Shown here piece by piece: positions 38,744 through 48,997 of a stretch of DNA of 64,000 nucleotides. The notes beneath the pieces were generated by a model. That model was not told where the DNA came from. It was given only the letters and a program-made list of their open reading frames with translations, and did not search any database. Source of the DNA: Bacteroidota bacterium. Its GTDB lineage: Bacteria; Bacteroidota; Bacteroidia; JAKFFM01. Location of the stretch: positions 39,102 through 103,101 of the forward strand of contig JAKFFM010000014.1 of NCBI GenBank assembly GCA_036675075.1, written 5' to 3'. How positions within the stretch are numbered: the first letter of the stretch is position 1; every line of letters starts with the position of its first letter. Position numbers and translations under genes: made by a program.

Positions 38744-40423
38744 CTATAGCTTGAATTTTTTCTGACTATACTTTTCAAGCTGCCGTGAAACAACTTCAGA
38801 ACGACGTTGCGCAAAGGTTCTGAGGATATTCACTTCCCTTTTCCAGGAATCAACTGACGACAATGTTCTCCAGCGATCAAGGTGGTGCGGCATTTCATCT
38901 TCCAGCTGATGCTCGAACCTGTTGATCAGTGCGATCACCCGTTCAGGCTTAAACGTTGACTTAAGGTGAAACCTGAATCGTTCCGTAAAGAAATCTCTGT
39001 ATGCATCATTTTCAAACAGTCCCCGCATAAGCACTCCCATATCAGACGTGTAAAGCGCCTTCTGAAACATATCGGTTTCAATTGAATTAGGCCCTGTGTA
39101 ACCGAAACCATAATCCGTATCAAACAGTATCCACTTCCATTTCCCTGATGTGCTTCCTGAGTCAGGCCGCCAGAACCTGCAGTTGTTCGCTGGCCAGTCT
39201 GAATTCGCAAAGTATATGTTCGCAATTACAAAATCAGTCAGGTTCTCAAGATCGATCTGCTCATTCACTTTCCTGAAAACACTGGTATCAGAGCAACCTT
39301 TGACACGTACCTCCGACAAAAGCTGGCTGAATGAATTCAATGAAGCTTCATTACCATCTTTCAATGTGACTGGCATTTCCAGGATCGTTACACTGTCTTT
39401 AGGCACAGAATATTTCAGTGCGAGGTACTCATTATCAACATGGTCTCTCAGGTTATGTATCCCCCAGTATTCACCATTGATATATACAATCACCGGCTGA
39501 TATCGCTGGATCTCCAGATCAAACCCCGTCATGAGAGTCTGCATGAGTTCATCACGGAACATGGTCTTGGTCCAGTCATTCCCACCGTTTCGCAATACAA
39601 ATGAATGAGTCAGGCGGGCAGAATCATTAAAAAAGCTGAACTGACGGGGCACACCCAGGTCAATGGTCAGAGATTTCTGAGCAAAGGCGCGTGTTGCATT
39701 CCCACGGATCCTTAAACCGATATGAGAAGTCAATATGCTTTTACCATTTGCGATGTATTCAACCTGTCCAGGGCGTTCAGAATCAGCTCCACGGTTGGTA
39801 TAATTTGCCGGATAATCCCACCACTTTGAATCCAGTGGCAACATGTGCCTGATGTAATACCTCTTATCCTCATAGCGCTCACCGAGCACATAAATGCCTG
39901 TCTGCTGGCTGAAAAGATCATTCTCATTTACTGTGATGGACACTATTGGAAGTTCTGACCTGTATGCACTTTGAAGGAATAATCTTGATACAGGATTAGC
40001 AAGCTTTGCATTTGCCGTCAGGTTGGAAGCTCTGAATAAAGTGGCGATACGTTCAGAATCTTCAAGAGGAGGAAACCACCGTGGAGACGTTGGAATGTAG
40101 CTCAGCTTGCCAGGTGCAACAGGTCTTTTAAAGTATAGAGGCGTTGTATAAAAATTGCTTTCAAGACCAGGAGTGCTTCCATCAATAGTATAAACAGTGC
40201 CTGGAGTATAGTTTTCAACTTTCACCCTCACAGGGAAAACATGATAACCTGATTCCGGAGATATGATCAGCTCTTTGTTAAGGCTTGCGGTGACGACAGG
40301 AGGCAGAGGATCGCCCTTGTACACAATGGAAAACAAAAAGAAAGATCCTATAATGAGAACACCAAGGACGAGAACAGCACGGGCGCTTAAGATATGTCTC
40401 CTAACAGGCTTGATGTGCTTCAT
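38744..40423 (-). CDS. CotH-family atypical kinase, membrane-anchored (second copy)
   Basis: N-terminal TM (AVLVLGVLIIGSFFLFSIVY). CotH core ...GLRIRGNATR...IDLG...VLRNGGNDWT...YINGEYWGIHNLRD... Confidence 0.7.
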   Translation of the reverse strand: MKHIKPVRRHILSARAVLVLGVLIIGSFFLFSIVYKGDPLPPVVTASLNKELIISPESGYHVFPVRVKVENYTPGTVYTIDGSTPGLESNFYTTPLYFKRPVAPGKLSYIPTSPRWFPPLEDSERIATLFRASNLTANAKLANPVSRLFLQSAYRSELPIVSITVNENDLFSQQTGIYVLGERYEDKRYYIRHMLPLDSKWWDYPANYTNRGADSERPGQVEYIANGKSILTSHIGLRIRGNATRAFAQKSLTIDLGVPRQFSFFNDSARLTHSFVLRNGGNDWTKTMFRDELMQTLMTGFDLEIQRYQPVIVYINGEYWGIHNLRDHVDNEYLALKYSVPKDSVTILEMPVTLKDGNEASLNSFSQLLSEVRVKGCSDTSVFRKVNEQIDLENLTDFVIANIYFANSDWPANNCRFWRPDSGSTSGKWKWILFDTDYGFGYTGPNSIETDMFQKALYTSDMGVLMRGLFENDAYRDFFTERFRFHLKSTFKPERVIALINRFEHQLEDEMPHHLDRWRTLSSVDSWKREVNILRTFAQRRSEVVSRQLEKYSQKKFKL

Positions 40424-41094
40424 CAGAACATGGTCTTCTCTATGCCTTCGATGTATTTCGAGTTTTTGGTAAGAAGAAAATGAATCTCCTTACCTATATT
40501 TTTGGCCTGCAGTTCATGATCATTATCGTACTTAAGCTCGATCACTGTGTTTCCACGATCCAGCTTTACCTTATTCAGAAAGAGATTATTGAACTTATTC
40601 ATCTTATAAAAGATCTGGTCATAATCTATGGTGATCCTGAACCTGTGATCAGCGGAAATGAAATATCGTCTCTTATAAGTATTCAGCAACGTTGCGTTCA
40701 GTGTTCTGCCAAGCACATCGATATAAGGTTTTGTTGGATCACCCACACACAGATCCAGTGAGTTTGTTGAAAATCCTGGTCCAATAGTAAAAGGCTTAAG
40801 CTTATAATGATGCTTATAACCCATATGACCTTTCTTAACCTTTATTTCCAGAACTGGATCCTCAACATAGCGGAACGTTTCACCATACCAGCGTATCCTG
40901 TATTTCCACCTGTTTGCCCGGCCTTCAATGTTATCGTAATAATTCTCAAAGCCAGGGGAGTCGAAATAGATGTTGTTGATCTGCCTTTCGTGGAATGCTT
41001 CGTTGAATAGAGCGGGATGGCCTTTTAACAGCTGAATGATGTCAGCATGAAAAGCTTCGGTCCTGTATTTCCTTTCAAAGCGCAGTGATTCCAA
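40423..41094 (-). CDS. VTC-domain (polyphosphate-polymerase-like, CYTH-related triphosphate-tunnel) protein
   Basis: Begins FERKYRT... (ExKY tunnel start). Its size, ~220 aa, is typical of bacterial stand-alone VTC (PF09359) proteins. 1-nt overlap with the CotH gene. Assignment rests on motif recall. Confidence 0.55.
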   Translation of the reverse strand: MESLRFERKYRTEAFHADIIQLLKGHPALFNEAFHERQINNIYFDSPGFENYYDNIEGRANRWKYRIRWYGETFRYVEDPVLEIKVKKGHMGYKHHYKLKPFTIGPGFSTNSLDLCVGDPTKPYIDVLGRTLNATLLNTYKRRYFISADHRFRITIDYDQIFYKMNKFNNLFLNKVKLDRGNTVIELKYDNDHELQAKNIGKEIHFLLTKNSKYIEGIEKTMF

Positions 41095-41098
41095 ATGA

Positions 41099-41809
41099 TC
41101 AGAAATCTCTTGAATTATCTAAAAATGAAACTGTAACCGTAGGGTCTAATGTCTGAAGCGCGACTCTTGCAGCTTCGATCTTCTTGTAATCAGTGATATC
41201 AACCAGGAGATTCAGCTCGGATCCTGTTGTTGCATGATCCATCCTTTTAAGTTTGATGCCTTCACAATGAGGTGTTAAAGCTTCAATATATTTCTCAGCT
41301 TCTACCGGTGCTCCTGTTGAGGATATCGTCACATAGATCAGCTGACCAGATTCAACACTTTCTTTTCTTGAAAGTGTGAATATAACAGCGAGAAATCCTG
41401 TAAATGCAATGATCGTAAGTATGGTAAGACCTGCACCGCAACCCAGACCGATCGCGATAGTAAGAAACAAATAAGTCAGCTCCTCAGGCTCTTTGATCGC
41501 AGCGCGGAACCTCACAATGGAAAGAGCTCCCACAAGTCCGAGGGAAAGTGCCAGTGATGACTTGACCACTGAAATGATGAACATGGTGGTGATTGCCAGA
41601 AGGACAAAGTTCTTGGCAAATGCTGTACGGTTCGAAACCGAATGTCCGTACCTCACATATACCTTGGAAAGGATATAGGATAATAAAACACAAACCAGGA
41701 AGCTGAAAATAAATACAGGCAATGATTTAAAAGAAAACCCTGCGAGATTTTCAGCGAGAAATGCTTTTAACTCGTTCATTCGATCAATTAGATTTGCAAA
41801 AATAGTCAA
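41099..41809 (-). CDS. DUF4956-like small membrane protein (4 TM) that usually accompanies VTC-domain proteins
   Basis: Four hydrophobic helices followed by a soluble C-terminal ~80-aa domain. Assignment is by genomic context (CotH/VTC/DUF4956 co-occurrence) plus topology. Confidence 0.45.
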   Translation of the reverse strand: MTIFANLIDRMNELKAFLAENLAGFSFKSLPVFIFSFLVCVLLSYILSKVYVRYGHSVSNRTAFAKNFVLLAITTMFIISVVKSSLALSLGLVGALSIVRFRAAIKEPEELTYLFLTIAIGLGCGAGLTILTIIAFTGFLAVIFTLSRKESVESGQLIYVTISSTGAPVEAEKYIEALTPHCEGIKLKRMDHATTGSELNLLVDITDYKKIEAARVALQTLDPTVTVSFLDNSRDF

Positions 41810-41830
41810 TTTTATAGGACTGGACGACAG

Positions 41831-42997
41831 TTACACGGTCCTTCGGGAGTTAAGGTAGGTCCCGACATCCGATATGAACTTTTTGATGATAACCTCCCAT
41901 CTGAATTTTGAATAGGCTTTATCGATCGAAGATGATTTCTTTTTCGCGAGTACCTCATCAGAACACTGGATGGCTTCTTTCAGGGACAAAAGCAGCTGTT
42001 CAGAGTTACCAGGATCAATAAGCCATCCATTCGATTCAGAAACCATGTCACTCACCGCACCGGTGTCCGTCGCAATGATAGCGATCCCTTTTGCCATGGC
42101 TTCAAGCAAAACAGTAGGCATGCCTTCGCTCCAGCTCGGACAAACCAATACATCAGCTTCGGAAAATTTTCGTTCAAGTGTCGTGTTATCAACCGCGCCA
42201 TGATAGAATACAGAAGAATGTCTGATCTTCACCTTATCAGGAAGCTTTCCTATAAAGTCGAATTGAAAATCAAGACCGGACAGCTTCGGCAATACTACAT
42301 TGAGTTCCTCGATTCCCTTTAATCGTTCATAGCGTCCAACAAAAAGCAGCTTTCTCTTTGATGAGCTTTTATCCTGTTTATTTTCACTGAACCATTTCTC
42401 CTCAATCCCGTTTGGAAGCATGATCATCTTTGACTGTGGAATATTCAATGATCTGTAGATCTCCTGGATCTTACCACCATAGGAAAGCACGATATCAGCA
42501 TGGTGAATGTTGTATTTCACAGGTCCGCGGAAAAGCAACTGTTCAAGCTTCCCTTTGATGCTGAAAGTTTTTTGAAACATGTTAAGCCCGTGAAAATGAA
42601 CGGCCACCGGTGGACATTTAAATCCTTTCGCCTTTTCTTCAAGAAGCTTCCAGGCTGAAAACCCCTGAGCGATGATCAGGTCAGCTGAAGAAAATTTTGT
42701 CTTTAACGCTTCAAACAAGCGTTCAGAATAGGAATAGGAATTTCTTATATAATGTCCGGGAAGCTTACCAGGAGCAGGAAACCTGAAGATCTCCTCTTCA
42801 AAACGTGAACCTCCATCAACATCAAGCAGCTCTTTTGTCTTTCCCTGTTCAGGTAATGGATCATTATGTAAAACACAATGACATAAAAGCACATCGTGGT
42901 TGTTTTTCAGAAGGTGCTTTACAAGGAAAAACGAATGATTCTGCATACCGCCGATCACGTATGGATAGATCCCGTCGGTGAGAACAATGATCTTCAC
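41831..42997 (-). CDS. Glycosyltransferase family 4
   Basis: MKIIVLTDGIYPYVIGGMQNH N-terminus. C-terminal SWSEGMPTVLLEAMAKGIAIIATDTGA. Confidence 0.8.
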   Translation of the reverse strand: MKIIVLTDGIYPYVIGGMQNHSFFLVKHLLKNNHDVLLCHCVLHNDPLPEQGKTKELLDVDGGSRFEEEIFRFPAPGKLPGHYIRNSYSYSERLFEALKTKFSSADLIIAQGFSAWKLLEEKAKGFKCPPVAVHFHGLNMFQKTFSIKGKLEQLLFRGPVKYNIHHADIVLSYGGKIQEIYRSLNIPQSKMIMLPNGIEEKWFSENKQDKSSSKRKLLFVGRYERLKGIEELNVVLPKLSGLDFQFDFIGKLPDKVKIRHSSVFYHGAVDNTTLERKFSEADVLVCPSWSEGMPTVLLEAMAKGIAIIATDTGAVSDMVSESNGWLIDPGNSEQLLLSLKEAIQCSDEVLAKKKSSSIDKAYSKFRWEVIIKKFISDVGTYLNSRRTV

Positions 42998-43848
42998 TTT
43001 TCCTGGTTGTAGGTGAGTGTCAGGCCTTCCTTAAGACTCACTGAAGGTTTCCAGCCAATCAGCTTTTCAGAAAGTGCTATTGATGCAACGGTGTCAGAGA
43101 TCTCATTGTATCTAACCTGGTTATCAGAATGAACAGGGAGTACTTTACCACTTATCTCGAAAAGTGTGTCGATGACTTGCTGAACTGAATATGACTTACC
43201 TGTACCTGCATTCATGATTGAGAACTTCTGCACTTCCATGCTTTTGATCAGGCATTCAATGAGGTCATCAATAAAGATGTAATCTCTTTTGGGGAGCAGA
43301 TCTTTGACTTTAACTTCTGTTCCTTTTTTAATCTGACCGATAATAAACGGGATCAGAAATCCTGATGGCTGGCCTGGTCCGTAAATATTAAAAGGACGGA
43401 TCACACAACCGGGCACCTGAAAGTTCCTGCTGTAAAATTCACACACTTCTTCACCAAGCTTTTTACTCAGTGCATATGGGTTGTTGGGATCAGGTAGAGC
43501 ATCTTCGCTGATCGGATTCTTCACTTTTGAACCATACACGTATGCGCTCACATAAGTATATGAAGCTTTCGTCATCCTGCAAAACTCAAGCATATTCGAA
43601 GTTCCAAGAACATTCGTACGAATGAATGCTGCAGGCTTTTCCCAGCTTAAAGGGACAAATGTGTTTGCAGCACAATGAAATACATGATCAATCTTTTTAT
43701 CCAGGAAAGTTGTGAAAGGCTCATCCCCTGAAACATCACTCATTGCTGAGGAATGGCCATAAACGGTATAGCCTTGCTTCTCGAGGCTGCTCTTAAGTTT
43801 ACTGCCAACAAAGCCGGTTACCCCGGTTACCAGAATGTTCTTTTTCAT
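42994..43848 (-). CDS. NAD-dependent epimerase/dehydratase (short extended-SDR)
   Basis: ILVTGVTGFVGSKL Rossmann motif. YALSK catalytic YxxxK. Confidence 0.8.
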   Translation of the reverse strand: MKKNILVTGVTGFVGSKLKSSLEKQGYTVYGHSSAMSDVSGDEPFTTFLDKKIDHVFHCAANTFVPLSWEKPAAFIRTNVLGTSNMLEFCRMTKASYTYVSAYVYGSKVKNPISEDALPDPNNPYALSKKLGEEVCEFYSRNFQVPGCVIRPFNIYGPGQPSGFLIPFIIGQIKKGTEVKVKDLLPKRDYIFIDDLIECLIKSMEVQKFSIMNAGTGKSYSVQQVIDTLFEISGKVLPVHSDNQVRYNEISDTVASIALSEKLIGWKPSVSLKEGLTLTYNQEK

Positions 43849-44555
43849 TCCGGAAGAAAGATGTTTTTCTTTTTCTCAAACTCTTCGATCGCCTGCATGT
43901 AATCATCCGGGCGACCTATGTCCAGCCAGTATCCGGAGAATGGTACGACCGAAACCTTCTCCCCTTTCTTTAGCATGTCAAGCATCAGCGTATCAAATCC
44001 GTACGCTTCATTATGCGGAATGTAATCCAGCACTTTTTTATTCAGCATGTAAACGCCCATGCTTACCTGGAATGTTGATTTCGGCTTCTCCTTAAATCCT
44101 GTAAGAAATCCATCTTCTGTTTCAAGGACACCGTAGAGGTTAACCTGTTCACGTACATGCGATGAAATCGTAAAGATGTTCCCGCTTTTAATATGATTGT
44201 CATGGAACCCGGCATAGTCGATCTCAGAAAGAATATCTCCATTCATCACAAGGAAATTATCAGGAAGGTCATTGATCAGGCTTAATGGCCCCATGGTACT
44301 CAAAGGTTTTTCCTCCAATGAATAATCAATGGTGATGTTCCATTTTGAACCATCTCCGAAAAACGCCTTAATTATTTCAGCCTGATGATTTACGGTTAAG
44401 GTAATGTGGTTAAAGCCAGCATGAACTAATTGCCGGATGATCACCTCCAGGATCGGGTATTCACCCACCGGCATGAGCGGCTTTGGCAAGACAACGGTAT
44501 AAGGCCTTAATCTCGTCCCTTTACCTCCTGCAAGTATGACTGCTCTTTTAGACAT
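43845..44555 (-). CDS. Sugar-1-phosphate nucleotidyltransferase (NTP_transferase; glucose-1-phosphate cytidylyltransferase-like)
   Basis: AVILAGGKGTRLRPYTVVLPKPLMPVG signature at the N-terminus. Confidence 0.8.
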   Translation of the reverse strand: MSKRAVILAGGKGTRLRPYTVVLPKPLMPVGEYPILEVIIRQLVHAGFNHITLTVNHQAEIIKAFFGDGSKWNITIDYSLEEKPLSTMGPLSLINDLPDNFLVMNGDILSEIDYAGFHDNHIKSGNIFTISSHVREQVNLYGVLETEDGFLTGFKEKPKSTFQVSMGVYMLNKKVLDYIPHNEAYGFDTLMLDMLKKGEKVSVVPFSGYWLDIGRPDDYMQAIEEFEKKKNIFLPE

Positions 44556-45540
44556 TATAGATATTGGTTTTATACTTCTTCAGGTTATCACGTTCAGTAA
44601 ACCATTCCACTGTTTTTTCCAGCCCCTGACGAAGCGTATATTCAGGTTTGAATCCTGTGAGGGAATGGATCAGTGTATTGTCACACCACAACCTGAAAAC
44701 TTCACTTTTACCCGGCCTGATCCGTTTTTCATCGACAACGAATTCAACATCGCTATTCATTACATCACGAATCAGCTCAAAAGTATCCTTGACAGAGATC
44801 TCGTAGTTCGATCCAATGTTGACCACCTGTCCGACGGCATCATCGCATTTAGCGAGTTCGATAAAGCCACGGCATGTGTCAGTTACAAAATTGAAATCAC
44901 GGGTCGGCGTGATATCACCAACCTCGATCGTTTTCTTTCCTGCAGCGATCTGACTGATGATCGTTGGTATGATGGCTCTGGCAGACTGTCGCGGGCCATA
45001 AGTATTGAATGGCCTCACAGTAATTACAGGCAGATTGAATGCATTGAAGAAGCTCATCGCCATTGCATCAGCACCGATCTTGCTCGCACTGTAAGGCGAT
45101 TGAGGTTGCAGAGGATGCTTCTCATCAATAGGAACATACATTGCGGTACCGTACACTTCACTTGTGGAGGTATGCAAAACTCTCTGGCAGCCATTTTCCC
45201 TGGCAGCCTGGCAGATGTTCAAGGTGCCTTTTACGTTTGTATCAACATAACTGTCCGGAGCTACATAGGAATAAGGAATTGCAATCAACGCAGCAAGGTG
45301 AAACACAACATCAATATCCTTCAGCAGTGTTTTGCAGAAATGAGGATCCCTGATATCACCAGTCACCACTTCAACATTCATCAATGTATCGATATCTTCA
45401 AGCCAACCCCACGAATTGAATGAATTATAAACTGCCAGCGCTCTCACCTTGCAGCCTTGCGCAACAAGGAGCTCGACCAGATGAGATCCTATGAAGCCAT
45501 CTGCTCCAGTGACAAGGACTTTTTTATTTTTTAATTCCAC
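44548..45540 (-). CDS. NAD-dependent sugar-nucleotide 4,6-dehydratase/epimerase (extended SDR)
   Basis: VLVTGADGFIGSHLVELL. YSASK catalytic YxxxK. 330 aa. Confidence 0.8.
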   Translation of the reverse strand: MELKNKKVLVTGADGFIGSHLVELLVAQGCKVRALAVYNSFNSWGWLEDIDTLMNVEVVTGDIRDPHFCKTLLKDIDVVFHLAALIAIPYSYVAPDSYVDTNVKGTLNICQAARENGCQRVLHTSTSEVYGTAMYVPIDEKHPLQPQSPYSASKIGADAMAMSFFNAFNLPVITVRPFNTYGPRQSARAIIPTIISQIAAGKKTIEVGDITPTRDFNFVTDTCRGFIELAKCDDAVGQVVNIGSNYEISVKDTFELIRDVMNSDVEFVVDEKRIRPGKSEVFRLWCDNTLIHSLTGFKPEYTLRQGLEKTVEWFTERDNLKKYKTNIYNV

Positions 45541-46729
45541 GGTTGATGGTATTACTTATTATTTCAGTAAAAATAGAGGTTTGCCGGGCTTTACCAAACT
45601 CACCTTTCATCTTTTCATATGCGTTCGCTGTGAGCTTTTCGCGAAGTGACGGGTCTGACAGGAGCTTTCGTAATGAAGATGTCAGAGATCCACTCTCATT
45701 ATCAGGATCAATGAATAAGGCTTCATGATCTTTTCTAAAAAGATCTTTCACAGATGGTGAAGATGGTGCAATGACAGGGATACCGGCCTCCGCATATTCA
45801 AACAACTTTAACGGACTGCCATACCAGTTCGTGCCGGGCATTACACCAACAGCAATCTGTTTTTTATATTCGGTCAACTCCTCTTCGTTCACAAAGCCAG
45901 GCATGATGATCCGAGAACTATATGGATGATTCATTGCAAGCTGATGAATCCGTTCCCATTCGCCTCCGTACCCTAAAAGCAACAGGTTGATGCCTGGGAA
46001 TTCTGAACCAATTGTTTCGAATGACTTAAGCAGAAGCTCTACTTTATGCCAGACAAGAAAAGATCCGATGAACCCGACGTATTTCCTTCTTTCGTTTTCA
46101 TAGGGCAAGGATATGCCTTTCCATACGATGCAGGGCATGATGGAAATGTCGCACTTCACATTGTAGCTTGATTGTACATATTTCCTCACAGGATCAGAAT
46201 AACAGATCAGGTGATCAGCATGCTCCACGGAGAAAGCTTCCGCTTTTCCGATCCTTTTCAGATACATGGATCCTGCAGGATGCATTTCAATGTATTGATG
46301 TTCAAGAGGAGAATCATAGATCAAAACCAGGGACTTCTTTGACCTTGCTTTAAGCCTTGCACCAATGGAAGAACCATAGGTCAGGAATTCTATGATGATG
46401 TCAGCATCTGCGACTATCCGTTCAGCTTCCCGGTAAATCAGTTCCTGCGCTTTGTAGTACCTGTGATCAGCCAGTGTATTGTACAGGTATGGAGCGAATT
46501 TCCTGAAGGCTTTCTTGAGCTTCGATGTCATTGAATTCCCTGTCGAGCTTTTATGAGTCGTTAACAGTCCTGCACCATCGGAAAAAGGTAAAAGAGTGAC
46601 CTGGAAACCCTGTTCAGTCAATGCATCTGAAAGCAGCAGAAGGTATTTAGCAACGGCAGAGTTTTCATTTCGGAATGAAAAGCCTGGTACGCCAATTATA
46701 AACAAAGCCTTTTTACTTTTTTCAATCAT
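45524..46729 (-). CDS. Glycosyltransferase family 4
   Basis: C-terminal GSPLKLFEYAEAGIPVIAPSS motif region. Confidence 0.75.
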   Translation of the reverse strand: MIEKSKKALFIIGVPGFSFRNENSAVAKYLLLLSDALTEQGFQVTLLPFSDGAGLLTTHKSSTGNSMTSKLKKAFRKFAPYLYNTLADHRYYKAQELIYREAERIVADADIIIEFLTYGSSIGARLKARSKKSLVLIYDSPLEHQYIEMHPAGSMYLKRIGKAEAFSVEHADHLICYSDPVRKYVQSSYNVKCDISIMPCIVWKGISLPYENERRKYVGFIGSFLVWHKVELLLKSFETIGSEFPGINLLLLGYGGEWERIHQLAMNHPYSSRIIMPGFVNEEELTEYKKQIAVGVMPGTNWYGSPLKLFEYAEAGIPVIAPSSPSVKDLFRKDHEALFIDPDNESGSLTSSLRKLLSDPSLREKLTANAYEKMKGEFGKARQTSIFTEIISNTINRGIKK

Positions 46730-47921
46730 GACCTACTCTGTCTGCTATATACATTTTCAAACGCTCCGCCTGCACCTTCCTGTGAAACTGTGAATGACCA
46801 GAAACAGAATACCGGCCTGTCGCATGATAATCAATCCTGTCGAAGCTTTCACCAAATCCGTTATCGCGGATCAGGCGGTAGAGCTCATAATGTTCACTTA
46901 CTGTTCCCGAATAAATGATGGGTTTATGAGCCCCAATGTATTCGAACACTTTTCCTGTTAAATAGCCATTGGCCGCTCCATTGAAATTCGAGAACTGCAA
47001 TACAAAGGCTGAATAATTCTGCAAGGTCATCGAAGCCTGGTATGACAGCCCTTTTATTATTTCCAGCTCCTGAATACCAGCCTCTTTAGAAGCATTGTTG
47101 AGATAGGCTATATCTGAATCATTCAGCACAGCGAAAATGAGTCGGAATTTTTTATCGAGTCCATGCTTTTTAAAGTATTTCAGGAAAGGCACCACATCTC
47201 TTTCACCATTATACAGAGATCCTGTGTAAGAGATCACTGGCAGTTCTGATGGTTTCAGTGTATCCAGAAAATTCACATCATCTTTAAAATCGTAATCCTC
47301 AAAACCATTGTAAACTACTTCTCCTTTCAGTCCTGTGAGCTTTTCAATTTGTGCCTGAAGAACCGCAGAGACGGTAACAAATCCATCCGCCTGACTGACG
47401 ATGTTCTTTTCGATCTTTTCAAAAAACATTCTGAAAATTCCGAAGTCATAATATTCAAGGCCTGAATAAAGATCCCGGTAATCGATGATCCATTTTATCT
47501 GAGGGTACTGCTTTTTGATGGATGCACCTATATGCAGGCAATCAAGAGGCCCATAGCTTGTGAGAATGTAATCATACGAGCTGAGGTCAATGTCTTGCAG
47601 CTTCGCCATTGCTTCACGGTAAAAAGTGGAAGGAGCAGCACCAATAAAATACTTCAGTTTGAATACATCGTGAAGAATAAACTGCCTGATCCTGGCCAGT
47701 CCTTTAGGCTGTCGTTCACCGTAGTTCGGATCTGGTTTCTTTTCGCCTGTGTATATGATCTGAGCATTTCCGAGAGGCAGGTCAAGATTATCAATCCATC
47801 GCGGAGCAAGAACATCCAGCCGGCTAGTCCCTTCATTCAGGTACCTCGAAAATGAACCAGTACGATGAGAAGCAATGGAATTCACAGGTGGAAAGAAATA
47901 AGTGATGAGGAGGCCTTTCAT
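46722..47921 (-). CDS. Glycosyltransferase, GT4-like (WbuB-type N-terminus)
   Basis: MKGLLITYFFPPVNSIASHRTG resembles the ITxxFPP N-terminal motif of GT4 enzymes. GT-B length. Confidence 0.6.
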   Translation of the reverse strand: MKGLLITYFFPPVNSIASHRTGSFSRYLNEGTSRLDVLAPRWIDNLDLPLGNAQIIYTGEKKPDPNYGERQPKGLARIRQFILHDVFKLKYFIGAAPSTFYREAMAKLQDIDLSSYDYILTSYGPLDCLHIGASIKKQYPQIKWIIDYRDLYSGLEYYDFGIFRMFFEKIEKNIVSQADGFVTVSAVLQAQIEKLTGLKGEVVYNGFEDYDFKDDVNFLDTLKPSELPVISYTGSLYNGERDVVPFLKYFKKHGLDKKFRLIFAVLNDSDIAYLNNASKEAGIQELEIIKGLSYQASMTLQNYSAFVLQFSNFNGAANGYLTGKVFEYIGAHKPIIYSGTVSEHYELYRLIRDNGFGESFDRIDYHATGRYSVSGHSQFHRKVQAERLKMYIADRVGHD

Positions 47922-48997
47922 ATCGCTTCTTTGATTCTGACCTGCTTTCTGTCATTCAGGCTATATGGAAATTTATCTTTTAGCTTATTGATGGGCTTCT
48001 CGAAGAAAGTCCAGGACATTGCAGCGCAGGCAATAGTCACCAGGATCTTCACAAAAGCTTCGGTGTCAATTGTACCGATCATTTGAATATTTAACAGCTG
48101 CTTTACAAATGCTACCGGGAAAATGACAAGAAGATGGTAAACATACAATCCATAACTGATCTTTCCGAGATAAAGCACGACAGGGTGTTCAGCTAAAAAC
48201 TTTACAGCAGTATGTTTGAACCCTAATGCGAATCTGGCAACAAGCACTGAAGAAAACAGCAGGAAGAAGTAGAACTTGAATGTTCCATTCACTTCTCCAA
48301 CATAGAACTCATAAAAAACTAAAGAGCAGTAGGCAACAACCAAAGGGAGAAACAGCTTTCCTGCAAGTTCAAACAGGTTTCTTCTATATCTGTTCAGATA
48401 AGCCAGTATTCCTCCAGCTGAAAGGAAGCAGACACAGGCAAATGTTCGTGCTGAAAAGAAATCATAGCCGGAGATATACAGGATCAGATTTATCACGACA
48501 ACGATCGAAAATATGGAGATCAGAACCCCAAAAGTTTTTTTATTGGCAGCGAGGAGAATAATGAGTGGCCACACAAGGTAAAATTGCTCTTCAACGGCAA
48601 GACTCCAGAAATGAGCAACCGGTGAGGATGTGAAGTGCCCAAGGAAGGCATACCTGAAATTTGAGATATAGAGGAAGTCGTAAAATGATTCATTCCGATA
48701 GGAAGGGACGGCAAAAAATACAAAAAGCAAAACCAGGTAGTAGACCGGAAAGATCCGGAGAGACCTCCTGATATAAAAAATCCTTAGCTCATCCTTTAAA
48801 GCGGTACCCTTTTCTTTTCTGTCAAGCAGAATGCCCGTGATAAGAAATCCTGAAAGAATAAAAAACAAAGGCACTCCCTGAACGCCTAACAGTAATTTGT
48901 AGATGAGTTCATCTGAATATGTGAAATGCATATGCAGGATGATTACCTGAAATGCAGCATAAAACCTTAAAGCATCCAGTTGCTTAAAATACTGCAT
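47918..48997 (-). CDS. Acyltransferase family 3 (second copy)
   Basis: Polytopic membrane protein. LDALRFYAAFQVIILHM motif. Confidence 0.8.
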   Translation of the reverse strand: MQYFKQLDALRFYAAFQVIILHMHFTYSDELIYKLLLGVQGVPLFFILSGFLITGILLDRKEKGTALKDELRIFYIRRSLRIFPVYYLVLLFVFFAVPSYRNESFYDFLYISNFRYAFLGHFTSSPVAHFWSLAVEEQFYLVWPLIILLAANKKTFGVLISIFSIVVVINLILYISGYDFFSARTFACVCFLSAGGILAYLNRYRRNLFELAGKLFLPLVVAYCSLVFYEFYVGEVNGTFKFYFFLLFSSVLVARFALGFKHTAVKFLAEHPVVLYLGKISYGLYVYHLLVIFPVAFVKQLLNIQMIGTIDTEAFVKILVTIACAAMSWTFFEKPINKLKDKFPYSLNDRKQVRIKEAI

